From NCBI GenBank assembly GCA_028711115.1, contig JAQTSV010000001.1, forward strand, positions 326,032 through 390,031: a stretch of 64,000 bases of DNA, given 5' to 3'. Below the pieces are notes generated by a model. It made no database searches. It was not told the origin of the DNA and was given only the letters and a program-made list of their open reading frames with translations. Within the stretch, counting starts at the first letter, position 1. Each line of letters starts with the position of its first letter. The DNA is from Candidatus Omnitrophota bacterium (GTDB lineage Bacteria > Omnitrophota > Gorgyraeia > Velamenicoccales > JABMQK01). The position numbers were made by a program, and so were the translations under genes. Of the stretch, positions 26,027 to 34,858 are shown piece by piece.

Positions 26027-27292
26027 GTGTTTACAAAGAAAATAGTTGTAATAGGCGGCGGCCCGGCAGGAATGACGGCAGCTATTCGTGCCAGTCAGCT
26101 TGGGCAGGACGTCACTCTAATAGAAAAGAATTCTGTTTTAGGCAGGAAACTTCTGTTGAGTGGCAAGGGCCGCTGCAATCTTACCAATGCCTGCGATTTG
26201 GATTCATTCCTCGGGCGATTTTCAAAAAATGGCCAGTTCTTAAGAGATGCCTTCAAAGTTTTCTCCAATCTCGATCTGATAGATTTCTTTCAGAAAAGAG
26301 GATTAAAGCTAAAAACAGAAAGAGATCAGCGCGTATTTCCTGTAACCGATAAGGCTGATAGTGTTCTACAGGTGCTTAAAAAAGAACTGCACAAAAATAG
26401 AGTAGAAATTGTTTATAATTCAAGAATAAAAGATATTCTTGTAGATGGCCGCAAAGTAAAAGGAGTGACGTTTGGAGAAAATAAATTTATTGCGGCGGAC
26501 AGAATCATTTTAGCTAGCGGTGGCGTCTCGTATAGTTTTACAGGTTCTGGCGGAGATGGGTTGGAGATAGCAAAGAGATTGGGACATAATATAGTTTCTC
26601 TCCGTCCGGGTTTAATTCCTTTGGAAGTTAAACAACCATATCCGGAATTCCTGGAAGGCCTGGCGCTCGGCGGTATCCGTCTTAAATTCAGCGATGGCCG
26701 CCGCCAGATATTTTCTGATAGAGGAGAATTATTATTCACAAAATCCGGTATTTCCGGGCCTTTGGTTTTATCTTTAAGCGGAAAGGCTGTGGATTGGTTG
26801 GCGGAAAATAAAAATTTATATGTAGAAATAGACCTGCAACCTGATTTATCAAAAGAAGAGTTAAATATCAGATTATTGAGAGAATCAAGATCAAGCCCCA
26901 AAAAGAGTATCAAAAATATGCTCAAAAATTTCTTGCCTCAGAGATTGGCCAATTTGTTTATGGATATTGTAAGAATTCCTACGGATAAGAATGTAAGTCA
27001 GATTACGCAGAAAGAAAGAAAGGAAATAATTTCATTATTGAAGGGTCTGCGTTTGGACATAGCTAGGCCCCGGCCAACAGAGGAGGCAATGATTACGCGC
27101 GGGGGAATTTCCTTGAAAGACATTAATCCGCGTACAATGGAATCGCGCCTTGTAAAAAATTTATATTTTGCCGGCGAGATGATAGATGTGGATGCGGATA
27201 CCGGCGGTTTTAATTTGCAGGCGGCATTTTCTACGGGTTATTTAGCTGGCCAGAGCGCAGCTTCAACTTTTAAACAGATAAACACAAATTAA
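26027..27292 (+). CDS. NAD(P)/FAD-dependent oxidoreductase, HI0933/BaiN-like flavoprotein family
   Basis: 421 aa with a GTG start. VVIGGGPAGMTAAIRASQLGQDVTLIEKN...GRKLLLSGKGRCNLTN and a C-terminal YFAGEMIDVDADTGGFNLQAAFSTG. Confidence 0.8.
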   Translation: MFTKKIVVIGGGPAGMTAAIRASQLGQDVTLIEKNSVLGRKLLLSGKGRCNLTNACDLDSFLGRFSKNGQFLRDAFKVFSNLDLIDFFQKRGLKLKTERDQRVFPVTDKADSVLQVLKKELHKNRVEIVYNSRIKDILVDGRKVKGVTFGENKFIAADRIILASGGVSYSFTGSGGDGLEIAKRLGHNIVSLRPGLIPLEVKQPYPEFLEGLALGGIRLKFSDGRRQIFSDRGELLFTKSGISGPLVLSLSGKAVDWLAENKNLYVEIDLQPDLSKEELNIRLLRESRSSPKKSIKNMLKNFLPQRLANLFMDIVRIPTDKNVSQITQKERKEIISLLKGLRLDIARPRPTEEAMITRGGISLKDINPRTMESRLVKNLYFAGEMIDVDADTGGFNLQAAFSTGYLAGQSAASTFKQINTN

Positions 27293-27307
27293 AACAGGAG
27301 ACTAAAT

Positions 27308-27580
27308 ATGGACTGGAAGATATTTTTGGCTACATTTTCCGCAATTTTCTTAGCCGAGCTCGCAGATAAAACACAACTTGTAGGAATCGGTATGTCTGCT
27401 AAATCAGGCAAGCCCCTGACGGTGTGGTTAGGCTCTGTTTCTGCCTATATAATTGTTACCGCAATCTCTGTGTTGTTGGGAGCAACTTTAGGAAAATACA
27501 TAAAACCAGAATTTATCAGATATTGCGGGGCAACATTGTTTGTATTGATAGGCATGCTTATGTTTTTAGGCAAGATTTGA
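27308..27580 (+). CDS. UPF0016 (GDT1/TMEM165) family membrane protein, single-repeat half-size form
   Basis: 90 aa, three TM segments, and a single E-x-x-D-K-T motif (ELADKTQL). Confidence 0.75.
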   Translation: MDWKIFLATFSAIFLAELADKTQLVGIGMSAKSGKPLTVWLGSVSAYIIVTAISVLLGATLGKYIKPEFIRYCGATLFVLIGMLMFLGKI

Positions 27581-27630
27581 TATAAACGTTTTTAACCTCT
27601 TATTTATACGTTTTTAGCTTGAAATATAAA

Positions 27631-27659
27631 TTGACGCAAGTTAATAAGATTGCTATAAT
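27631..27659 (+). promoter_or_regulatory. Near-consensus sigma70-type promoter upstream of the 27696 gene
   Basis: TTGACG(27631-27636), a 17-bp spacer, then TATAAT(27654-27659). ATG 27696 lies 37 nt downstream of the -10 element. Confidence 0.55.
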
Positions 27660-27695
27660 TTAGAGTCTGTTAAAGGCATAAAAGTCAGGTAAAAT

Positions 27696-28631
27696 ATGAA
27701 TATAAATCTGTCTAAGATTAAGACCTATTCTATAAGCAAAAGGAAGAGCAGAGTGGCAATAAATATTTTTGCCAAGCCTCAGCGAAAAGGCCAGAGGTTT
27801 AAGGATTTTTATAATTCCTTGCCGCAAATCCTCAAGGCAGAGGATTTCAAAATTAGCGTAGATTCAATTATCAAGGCATACAAAAACCATAAGCCCGTTA
27901 TATTCTTACTGGGTGCTCACGTAATAAAGTGCGGATTAAGCCCATTGATAATTCAGTTGATAAAAAAAGGCATAATAAATGCAGTGGCTTTAAGCGGCGC
28001 AGGAATGATTCATGATTTTGAGATTGCTTCTAACGGGAAGACCTCAGAGGACGTATTGAAAGGTTTGATGGACGGCAGTTTTGGCATGGCAAAAGAGACA
28101 GCTGGTTTTTTAAATAACAGTACAAGCGAGGCAGCCAGAAACGATGAAGGTTTGGGTTTTACCGTCGGAAAGAATATCAAAGAGGCAAATCTAAGATACA
28201 AAGATTTAAGTATTCTTTACAATTGTTATCTTAAAAAAATACCTGCGACCGTGCATGTGGCTATTGGAACTGATATCATTCACCAGCATCCTAATTTTAG
28301 AGGAGAAGATGCAGGCAAGGCCAGTCTTAGTGATTTCCATATTTTAATAGGGGCGCTTGCAGAGATCGGTAACGGCGGAGTCGTGGTAAATATCGGCTCG
28401 GCAGTAATACTGCCGGAAGTATTTTTGAAGGCGTTGACTATAACCAGAAACTTAGGATACAAGACATTTAATTTTACGTCGGTAAATTTTGATATGTTGC
28501 ATCAATACAGGCCGCAACAAAATATCGTAAGCAGACCTACTCAGCCGAGAGGAAAAGGTTTTTATATTACTGGACACCACGAGATAATGGTGCCGCTTTT
28601 GACAGCAGCTATTTTGGAAAAATTATCGTAA
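27696..28631 (+). CDS. Deoxyhypusine synthase-like family protein (tentative)
   Basis: 311 aa. PVIFLLGAHVIKCGLSPLIIQLIKKGIINAVALSGAGMIHDFEIA resembles the DHS segment IFLGYTSNLISSG.R..I..LV.....DVLVTTAGG.EED. IPATVHVAIGTD and the C-terminal IMVPLLTAAILE resemble the DHS segments IPVF.PA.TDG and LVFPLLVAETF. The comparison is from memory, not a search. Confidence 0.4.
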   Translation: MNINLSKIKTYSISKRKSRVAINIFAKPQRKGQRFKDFYNSLPQILKAEDFKISVDSIIKAYKNHKPVIFLLGAHVIKCGLSPLIIQLIKKGIINAVALSGAGMIHDFEIASNGKTSEDVLKGLMDGSFGMAKETAGFLNNSTSEAARNDEGLGFTVGKNIKEANLRYKDLSILYNCYLKKIPATVHVAIGTDIIHQHPNFRGEDAGKASLSDFHILIGALAEIGNGGVVVNIGSAVILPEVFLKALTITRNLGYKTFNFTSVNFDMLHQYRPQQNIVSRPTQPRGKGFYITGHHEIMVPLLTAAILEKLS

Positions 28632-28642
28632 TTTCAAATATT

Positions 28643-29680
28643 ATGCAGATAACAAACAGATTAAAATCCATAATCTCAAAGTTCGCAAACGTAAAGATTC
28701 TGGTCATCGGTGATTTAATCCTCGATGAATATATTTACGGAGACGTGGACAGGATTTCTCCCGAAGCACCCGTCCCTGTGGTCTGGGCAAAAGAGAGAAA
28801 ATTCCTTCCCGGCGGTGCAGCCAATGTGGCGGCAAATATAAGCAGCTTTGGCGCAGGCGTAAACCTTGCAGCCATTGTGGGTAAAGACGATCACGCGCAT
28901 ATTTTATTGTCAGAGCTGAAAAAGAGACATATTGACACCGACGGTGTGCTTGAAGTTTTTAACAGATGTACTTCTGTTAAAACCCGTGTGGTTGCCCGCC
29001 AGCAGCAGATTGTGCGCGTTGACTGGGAGAATACAGAAGAGATAAAAGATAGCCTTCAGGACAAGATAGAGGACTTTATTGGGAAGATTGTGAAAAAGTG
29101 CGACGCTGTGATTATCGAGGATTATGGAAAGGGATTAATCACCCCGCGGCTTGTAACCTGTGCTGTTTCACAGGCAAAGGCAAACAATAAGGTGATTACA
29201 GTAGATCCCAAAGAAGAAAATTTCGAGTATTACAGGGGCGTAACGGCCATAACACCGAATCGCAAAGAGGCAGAAAATGCCATCCGCAATATAAAGATTA
29301 AGAATGCATACAGCAACTTAAGAGTGACCAGCGATAAATTATCCAGGGATAAGGATGTTGATTTGGCAGGCAGAGGATTATTGGAGTATTTGAATTTGCA
29401 GGCTGCATTGATTACTTTGGGCGATAAAGGCATGCGTCTGTTTGAGAAAGGAAAGAAGTCCTATCAGATAGACACAGTGGCCCAGGAAGTATTTGATGTA
29501 TCCGGCGCAGGCGACACGGTGATTGCTGCTTTTACTTTGGCCTTGGCTTGCGGCGCGACGATGCAGGAGGCAGCCACTATAGCTAATTTTGCCGCGGGCA
29601 TAGTCGTAGGGAAAAGCGGTGTGGCCACAACTACTCAGAATGAATTAATTCAAACAATGAAGCATTATAAAAATAGTTAA
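28643..29680 (+). CDS. hldA: D-glycero-beta-D-manno-heptose-7-phosphate kinase (RfaE/HldE domain I only, PfkB family)
   Basis: 345 aa. KILVIGDLILDEYIYGDVDRISPEAPVPVV and DVSGAGDTVIAAF (PfkB signature). No adenylyltransferase domain is fused. Confidence 0.85.
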   Translation: MQITNRLKSIISKFANVKILVIGDLILDEYIYGDVDRISPEAPVPVVWAKERKFLPGGAANVAANISSFGAGVNLAAIVGKDDHAHILLSELKKRHIDTDGVLEVFNRCTSVKTRVVARQQQIVRVDWENTEEIKDSLQDKIEDFIGKIVKKCDAVIIEDYGKGLITPRLVTCAVSQAKANNKVITVDPKEENFEYYRGVTAITPNRKEAENAIRNIKIKNAYSNLRVTSDKLSRDKDVDLAGRGLLEYLNLQAALITLGDKGMRLFEKGKKSYQIDTVAQEVFDVSGAGDTVIAAFTLALACGATMQEAATIANFAAGIVVGKSGVATTTQNELIQTMKHYKNS

Positions 29681-29693
29681 CGAGGAAAAATGA

Positions 29694-30152
29694 ATGCTTT
29701 GGAAAAATGGAGGTTTTACTCTACTTGAATTAATAATAGTTATTATTGTAATTGGAATTCTTGCAACCATTGCGCTGCCGAGATATCAAGGTGTTGTTGA
29801 GAAGACAAGAGTAGCAGAGGCAAAAAGTATGTTATCTGTCATACGTTCTGCACAGATTCGATATTTTGCGCAATACGGAGACTATGCAAACGATATAACA
29901 AAACTAGATATCCAGGTAAGCGATGAGATTGAATCAGGATCTTCTGGTTTCGGCGGTCCCGTTACTTTTGCCGTCGGGAAATATTTTAAATATACTACTT
30001 TTAATGATATTGCGTATATTGGAAAACCCCCACCTTTTGTAAGGGCTATAAGAAAAGATTTTGAAAGAGGCAGTTATAGTCAGTATGAGGTAATCATAAG
30101 CGAAGATGGTACGATATATATACCGAATTCAGAATATCAATATTTATTGTAA
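29694..30152 (+). CDS. Type IV pilin / T2SS pseudopilin-like protein (prepilin N-terminal cleavage/methylation motif)
   Basis: 152 aa. MLWKNG/GFTLLELIIVIIVIGILATIALPRY is a class III signal peptide with Glu at +5. Confidence 0.85.
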   Translation: MLWKNGGFTLLELIIVIIVIGILATIALPRYQGVVEKTRVAEAKSMLSVIRSAQIRYFAQYGDYANDITKLDIQVSDEIESGSSGFGGPVTFAVGKYFKYTTFNDIAYIGKPPPFVRAIRKDFERGSYSQYEVIISEDGTIYIPNSEYQYLL

Positions 30153-30158
30153 AAAACT

Positions 30159-30887
30159 ATGGATGTAGTAGGAATAATTCCGGCGAGATTTAACTCTACG
30201 AGATTTGAAGGAAAAGTCTTGGCTGATATAAACGGCAAACCCATGATACAACACGTCTGGGAAAAGGCCAAACAGTCACAGCTATTGGATGAATTGATTG
30301 TTGCCTGTGACGATGAACGGGTTTATAAAACCGTAAAGGATTTTGGCGGTAAGGCTATTTTTACAGCAAAGGAACATCCGTCAGGCACAGACCGTATAAC
30401 CGAGATAGTCAATCCTTTGGATGTGAAGATTGTAGTAAATATCCAGGCGGATGAACCGATGATTCATCCCTCGATGATAAACGGTGTTATCGAAGAGCTC
30501 CTGGCAGACAAGAGTTTAGTCGTCGCCACTGTGATAAAGAAAATCGAGCGTCCCGACGAAATAGGCGACCCCAATGTGGTAAAAGTCGTATTCGACAAGA
30601 ATAATTTTGCCCTGTACTTTTCGCGTTCAACCATACCTTTTTTAAGAGACGCAGAAACGCAGGGAGTTTGTTACTATAAACATATCGGTTTGTACGCGTA
30701 TACCAAGGATTTTCTGTTTACTTATAAAAATCTCAACCAATCCACATTAGAAAAACTGGAAAAGTTGGAACAACTGCGTATTTTAGAGAACGGTTACAGG
30801 ATTAAAGTCGTGGAGACGAAATTTGAAACCTACGGAGTGGATACTCCCGAAGATTTAATCCGCGTAAGGCAGAATATCAATAATTAG
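30159..30887 (+). CDS. kdsB: 3-deoxy-manno-octulosonate cytidylyltransferase (CMP-Kdo synthetase)
   Basis: 242 aa. Motifs: IIPARFNSTRFEGKVLADINGKPMIQHV, NIQADEP, GVDTPEDL. Confidence 0.92.
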   Translation: MDVVGIIPARFNSTRFEGKVLADINGKPMIQHVWEKAKQSQLLDELIVACDDERVYKTVKDFGGKAIFTAKEHPSGTDRITEIVNPLDVKIVVNIQADEPMIHPSMINGVIEELLADKSLVVATVIKKIERPDEIGDPNVVKVVFDKNNFALYFSRSTIPFLRDAETQGVCYYKHIGLYAYTKDFLFTYKNLNQSTLEKLEKLEQLRILENGYRIKVVETKFETYGVDTPEDLIRVRQNINN

Positions 30888-30898
30888 GGAGCATTATT

Positions 30899-31732
30899 AT
30901 GGTAAAAGAGATAAAGATAAGAGATATTAAGATTGGCGCAAGGAATCCTTTTGTGCTTATCGCCGGTCCGTGCGTAATCGAATCGGAAGAGTCCAGTTTA
31001 TATCATGCGCGCAAAATAAAACAGATATGCGACAGCATGGGTATTAAGTTTATTTTTAAATCGAGCTATGATAAGGCAAACCGCACATCTTTAGATTCTT
31101 ATCGGGGCCCCGGCTTAAAGAATGGGCTAAAGATTTTAGCCAAAGTGAAAAAAGACCTGAAGCTGCCGGTATTAAGCGATGTGCATTGCAGGTCAGAGGT
31201 AAAAGAGGCCGCAAAAGTTTTGGATGTAATTCAGGTGCCGGCATTTTTATCGCGCCAGACAGATCTTATCGTAGAGGTAGCCAAGACCAAAAAAGTCATC
31301 AATTTAAAGAAAGGGCAATTCCTGGCCCCTTGGGATATGGGCCCGATAGTAAAAAAGATTGAATCCGCCGGAAATAAAAATATCCTGATTACGGAAAGAG
31401 GCGTTAGTTTTGGTTACAATAATTTGGTCAGCGATTTCAGGGCGCTTTCGTTGATGCGGCAATTTGGTTATCCGGTGATATTTGACGCTACGCATAGCGT
31501 GCAGCTGCCGGGCGGAAGAGGCGATTGCTCCGGAGGTCAGAGAGAATTTGTGGCAAGTCTGGCCCGCGCTGCGATTGCCTTTGGTTGCGACGGATTATTC
31601 CTGGAAGCGCACAGGGCTCCTGACGAGGCGCTTTGCGACGGGCCGAATTCGATTTCTTTGAAAGAATTGGAAAATATCCTAAAAATTACCCAAGAAATAG
31701 ACGGGATAGTTTTAAAAAACAGGTTAAGGTGA
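30899..31732 (+). CDS. kdsA: 3-deoxy-8-phosphooctulonate (Kdo-8-P) synthase
   Basis: 277 aa. Motifs: FVLIAGPCVIESEE, FKSSYDKANRTS, IQVPAFLSRQTDL, FDATHSVQLPGG. Confidence 0.93.
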   Translation: MVKEIKIRDIKIGARNPFVLIAGPCVIESEESSLYHARKIKQICDSMGIKFIFKSSYDKANRTSLDSYRGPGLKNGLKILAKVKKDLKLPVLSDVHCRSEVKEAAKVLDVIQVPAFLSRQTDLIVEVAKTKKVINLKKGQFLAPWDMGPIVKKIESAGNKNILITERGVSFGYNNLVSDFRALSLMRQFGYPVIFDATHSVQLPGGRGDCSGGQREFVASLARAAIAFGCDGLFLEAHRAPDEALCDGPNSISLKELENILKITQEIDGIVLKNRLR

Positions 31733-31734
31733 AT

Positions 31735-32700
31735 ATGTCTACTCATATAAGACAAGCAAGAAAGGTATTGGATATTGAAGCGCTGGCAATTAAGGACTTA
31801 GCTAGAAAGCTGGATAAGAATTTTGACCGGGCAATATATATTCTTGGCCGCTGCAAAGGCAGGGTGGTTCTGACCGGAATGGGCAAGGCCGGTATCATTG
31901 CCCAGAAGATTTCTGCCACGATGTCTTCTACCGGCACGCCGAGTTTATTCCTACATTCGGCCGAGGCAATTCACGGCGATTTGGGAAGAGTAACCGAGGA
32001 TGACGTAGTTATTGCATTATCCAACAGCGGCGAGACAGAAGAGGTAAGAAAATTATTGCCGCTTATAAAAAAAATAGGCGTAAAACTCATATCATTTACA
32101 GGGAATAAAAAATCTACTTTAGCAAGATATAGCGACGTAGTGTTTGATGTAAGCGTAAAAAAAGAAGCCTGCCCCTTGGGATTGGCCCCTACTTCCTCTA
32201 CCACGGTAATGTTAGCAATGGGAGATGCGCTTTGCGTCTGTCTTCTTAAAGAAAAGAAATTCAAGGAAGAGGATTTTGCTTTCTATCATCCGGGCGGTTC
32301 ATTAGGCAGAAGGCTTTTGCTTAAAGTGGAAGATATTATGCGTAAAGGAATTGGCAATCCCATTGTCAGGGAAAACAAACTTGTGAAAGAAGTGCTCTAT
32401 GCGATTACAAAGGCGCGCGCAGGCGCAGCATCCATAGTAAATAAAGAGGGAAGACTGGTGGGTATTTTTACCGACGGAGATTTACGCCGTCATATGGATG
32501 GAAATAAAAATCTGCCTGTCCTTAAAATAAAAGACGTAATGACTAAAAACCCCGTGGCAGTAACTAAAGACCAGTTGGCTGCCGAGGCGCTGCGTATTTT
32601 ACAAGAGAAAAAGATAGACGAAGTCCCCGTAGTGGATAAATCTCATCGTCCTGTGGGTATGCTCGATGTCCAGGACTTACTCAAAGCCGGTTTAGTATAA
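31735..32700 (+). CDS. kdsD: Arabinose-5-phosphate isomerase (SIS domain plus two CBS domains)
   Basis: GRVVLTGMGKAGIIAQKISATMSSTGTPSLFLHSAEAIHGDLG, with a CBS pair at the C-terminus. I prefer ATG 31735 (just after the kdsA stop at 31730-31732) over the ORF-track start at 31633. Confidence 0.9.
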   Translation: MSTHIRQARKVLDIEALAIKDLARKLDKNFDRAIYILGRCKGRVVLTGMGKAGIIAQKISATMSSTGTPSLFLHSAEAIHGDLGRVTEDDVVIALSNSGETEEVRKLLPLIKKIGVKLISFTGNKKSTLARYSDVVFDVSVKKEACPLGLAPTSSTTVMLAMGDALCVCLLKEKKFKEEDFAFYHPGGSLGRRLLLKVEDIMRKGIGNPIVRENKLVKEVLYAITKARAGAASIVNKEGRLVGIFTDGDLRRHMDGNKNLPVLKIKDVMTKNPVAVTKDQLAAEALRILQEKKIDEVPVVDKSHRPVGMLDVQDLLKAGLV

Positions 32701-32705
32701 GGATT

Positions 32706-33227
32706 ATGACTATTCAGGAACGTGCACGAAAAATAAAACTTCTGATTTTAGATGTTGACGGTGTATTGACAGACGGCCGCATTATCTATGACAGCAAAGG
32801 CAGGGATTTAAAACTATTTGATGTGCACGACGGCCTGGGCGTATATCTTCTGTACCGTATGGGCATAAAAACAATTCTTATTACTGCCAAAGGCTCAAAG
32901 GCGATAAAACCTCGGGCAAGGGATATGCATGTAGATAAAGTCTACGAAAATATTTTTCCCAAGACAAAAATATACGAGAATATACTCAGCGATTACGGCG
33001 TAACTGACGCGGAAGTTTGTTTTGTGGGTGACGATCTGGTTGATCTTTGCATTCTAAAAAAAGTAGGTTTTCCCGTGGCTGTTTTTAATGCCTGTCCGGA
33101 AGTAAAGGAGATAAGTTCCTATGTTACCCAGAAAAAAGGCGGCAGAGGGGCAGTGCGCGAAGTGGCTGAATTTATTCTGAAGTCTCAGGATAGATGGCAG
33201 GAGGCGTTAAAAATTTATGAAGGATAA
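32706..33227 (+). CDS. kdsC: Kdo-8-phosphate phosphatase (HAD superfamily)
   Basis: 173 aa. Motifs: IKLLILDVDGVLTDGRIIYDSKG and VCFVGDDLVDL. Confidence 0.9.
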   Translation: MTIQERARKIKLLILDVDGVLTDGRIIYDSKGRDLKLFDVHDGLGVYLLYRMGIKTILITAKGSKAIKPRARDMHVDKVYENIFPKTKIYENILSDYGVTDAEVCFVGDDLVDLCILKKVGFPVAVFNACPEVKEISSYVTQKKGGRGAVREVAEFILKSQDRWQEALKIYEG

Positions 33228-34092
33228 ATCCTTAGGCAGATGTATATCTGTTTTCTTTATTTTAATCTGTTTGGGGATTTTATGTTTGGATGTTGCTGCA
33301 GCGAATAACAAAGAAAGCGACCAGAAGATGCTGGGTTTTAGCCTCAGCAACTTTGGTGAAAAAAATGAGAAGATATGGGATATGCAGGGCGATACTCTGG
33401 AGGTATTCGGTAACATAGCCAATCTGACCAATGTCAAAGCAAATTTATATGGTAAAGAAGACAACATGGTTTTGACCGCAGACACAGGTTCATTTGACCG
33501 CGCAGAAGGCAAGATGCACCTGCAGGACAATGTGGTGATTACTTCTGATTCCGGGGCTAAGGTGATGACCGATACATTGGATTGGTTTCAGAAAAATCAG
33601 GTGGTGTCCACACAGGATAAGGTAAATATTTATAAAGACGGTATGACTGCCGAAGGTATGGGAGCTGTAGGTCATACTGATTTAAAACAGATTAGTCTAA
33701 ATAAAGATGTACAGGTGGATATTAACAGCGATAGCGATTCTCAGGGAAAAATGAAAAAGACTACGATTACCTGCGACGGCCCTTTGGATGTAGATTATCA
33801 GGGCCAGACAGCAGTTTTCAGGGATAATGTAAAGTCCGACGACGGAGAATCGCAGTTATACGCCGATAAGATGACAGCATATTTTGATAAAAATACAAAG
33901 AAGATTGTCAAGGTTATAGCTGAAGGCAATGTAAAGATAGTGCGCGGTCAGGATATTTCCTATAGCCAGCAGGCTACCTACGATGCCGAAAGCCAGAAAA
34001 TATCTTTAGTCGGGAACCCTAAGATAGTTTTCTATTCAAAACAGAGCACAACACAACAGATAACACAAGATATAAAGCCAGAGACGAAATAA
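33217..34092 (+). CDS. LPS transport periplasmic protein with LptC-like and LptA-like (OstA-fold) halves
   Basis: 291 aa with an N-terminal anchor/signal. The first half (LTADTGSFDRAEGKMHLQDNVVITSDSGAKVMTDTLDWFQKNQVV) is LptC-like. The second half (ITCDGPLDVDYQGQTAVFRDNVK...LYADKMTAYFD...AEGNVKIV...ATYDAESQKISLVGNPKIV) is LptA-like. It occupies the position between kdsC and lptB that separate lptC and lptA genes hold in E. coli. Confidence 0.65.
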   Translation: MKDKSLGRCISVFFILICLGILCLDVAAANNKESDQKMLGFSLSNFGEKNEKIWDMQGDTLEVFGNIANLTNVKANLYGKEDNMVLTADTGSFDRAEGKMHLQDNVVITSDSGAKVMTDTLDWFQKNQVVSTQDKVNIYKDGMTAEGMGAVGHTDLKQISLNKDVQVDINSDSDSQGKMKKTTITCDGPLDVDYQGQTAVFRDNVKSDDGESQLYADKMTAYFDKNTKKIVKVIAEGNVKIVRGQDISYSQQATYDAESQKISLVGNPKIVFYSKQSTTQQITQDIKPETK

Positions 34093-34093
34093 T

Positions 34094-34816
34094 ATGCAGT
34101 TATTGGAAGCAAGAAATTTATGCAAGTCTTACAACGGCCGTATGGTGGTAAACGGTGTGGATTTGGAAGTAAAGAGAGGCGAGATCGTCGGTCTCTTAGG
34201 CCCTAACGGTGCAGGAAAGACCACCACTTTTTATATGATTGTGGGAATTATACATGCCGAGAAAGGCAATATTAATTTTGATAATCAGGATATCACGAAT
34301 CTGCCCATACACAGGCGTGCCCGTTTTGGTATAGGTTATCTTGCCCAGGAGAGTTCGGTGTTCAAAAAACTCACCGTAGAAGAAAACATCATGGCGATAT
34401 TGGAAACCCTGCCGCTATCCAGAAGAGAAAGAAAGAAAAGATTGATTAATTTATTAGAGGAATTAAACATTGCCCATCTGGCAAAAAGCAGGGCTTATAC
34501 ATTGTCAGGCGGCGAGAGAAGAAGGCTGGAGATAACCCGCGCATTAGTCACCAACCCGTCGTTTATTTTGTTGGACGAACCATTTTCCGGCATAGACCCG
34601 ATAGTGGTTGCTGACGCGCAGGAGATAATAAAAGGACTAAAGGAGAAAGGGTTGGGAGTTTTGCTGACTGATCATAATGTGCGCGAAACACTATCCATTA
34701 CCGACAGGGCATATTTAATCGCCGACGGAAAAATCCTTATTTCCGGCTCAGCGCACGATTTGGTAAGTAGCCCCAAGGCAAGAGAGATATATTTGGGCGA
34801 AAAATTCAGGATGTGA
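34094..34816 (+). CDS. lptB: LPS export ABC transporter ATP-binding protein
   Basis: 240 aa. Motifs: GLLGPNGAGKTTTFYMIVG, LSGGERRRLEITRAL, ILLDEPFSGIDP. Confidence 0.93.
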   Translation: MQLLEARNLCKSYNGRMVVNGVDLEVKRGEIVGLLGPNGAGKTTTFYMIVGIIHAEKGNINFDNQDITNLPIHRRARFGIGYLAQESSVFKKLTVEENIMAILETLPLSRRERKKRLINLLEELNIAHLAKSRAYTLSGGERRRLEITRALVTNPSFILLDEPFSGIDPIVVADAQEIIKGLKEKGLGVLLTDHNVRETLSITDRAYLIADGKILISGSAHDLVSSPKAREIYLGEKFRM

Positions 34817-34858
34817 TTAACGGCGACTCAATAATTTTTAGATACTACGGGAGAGAAT

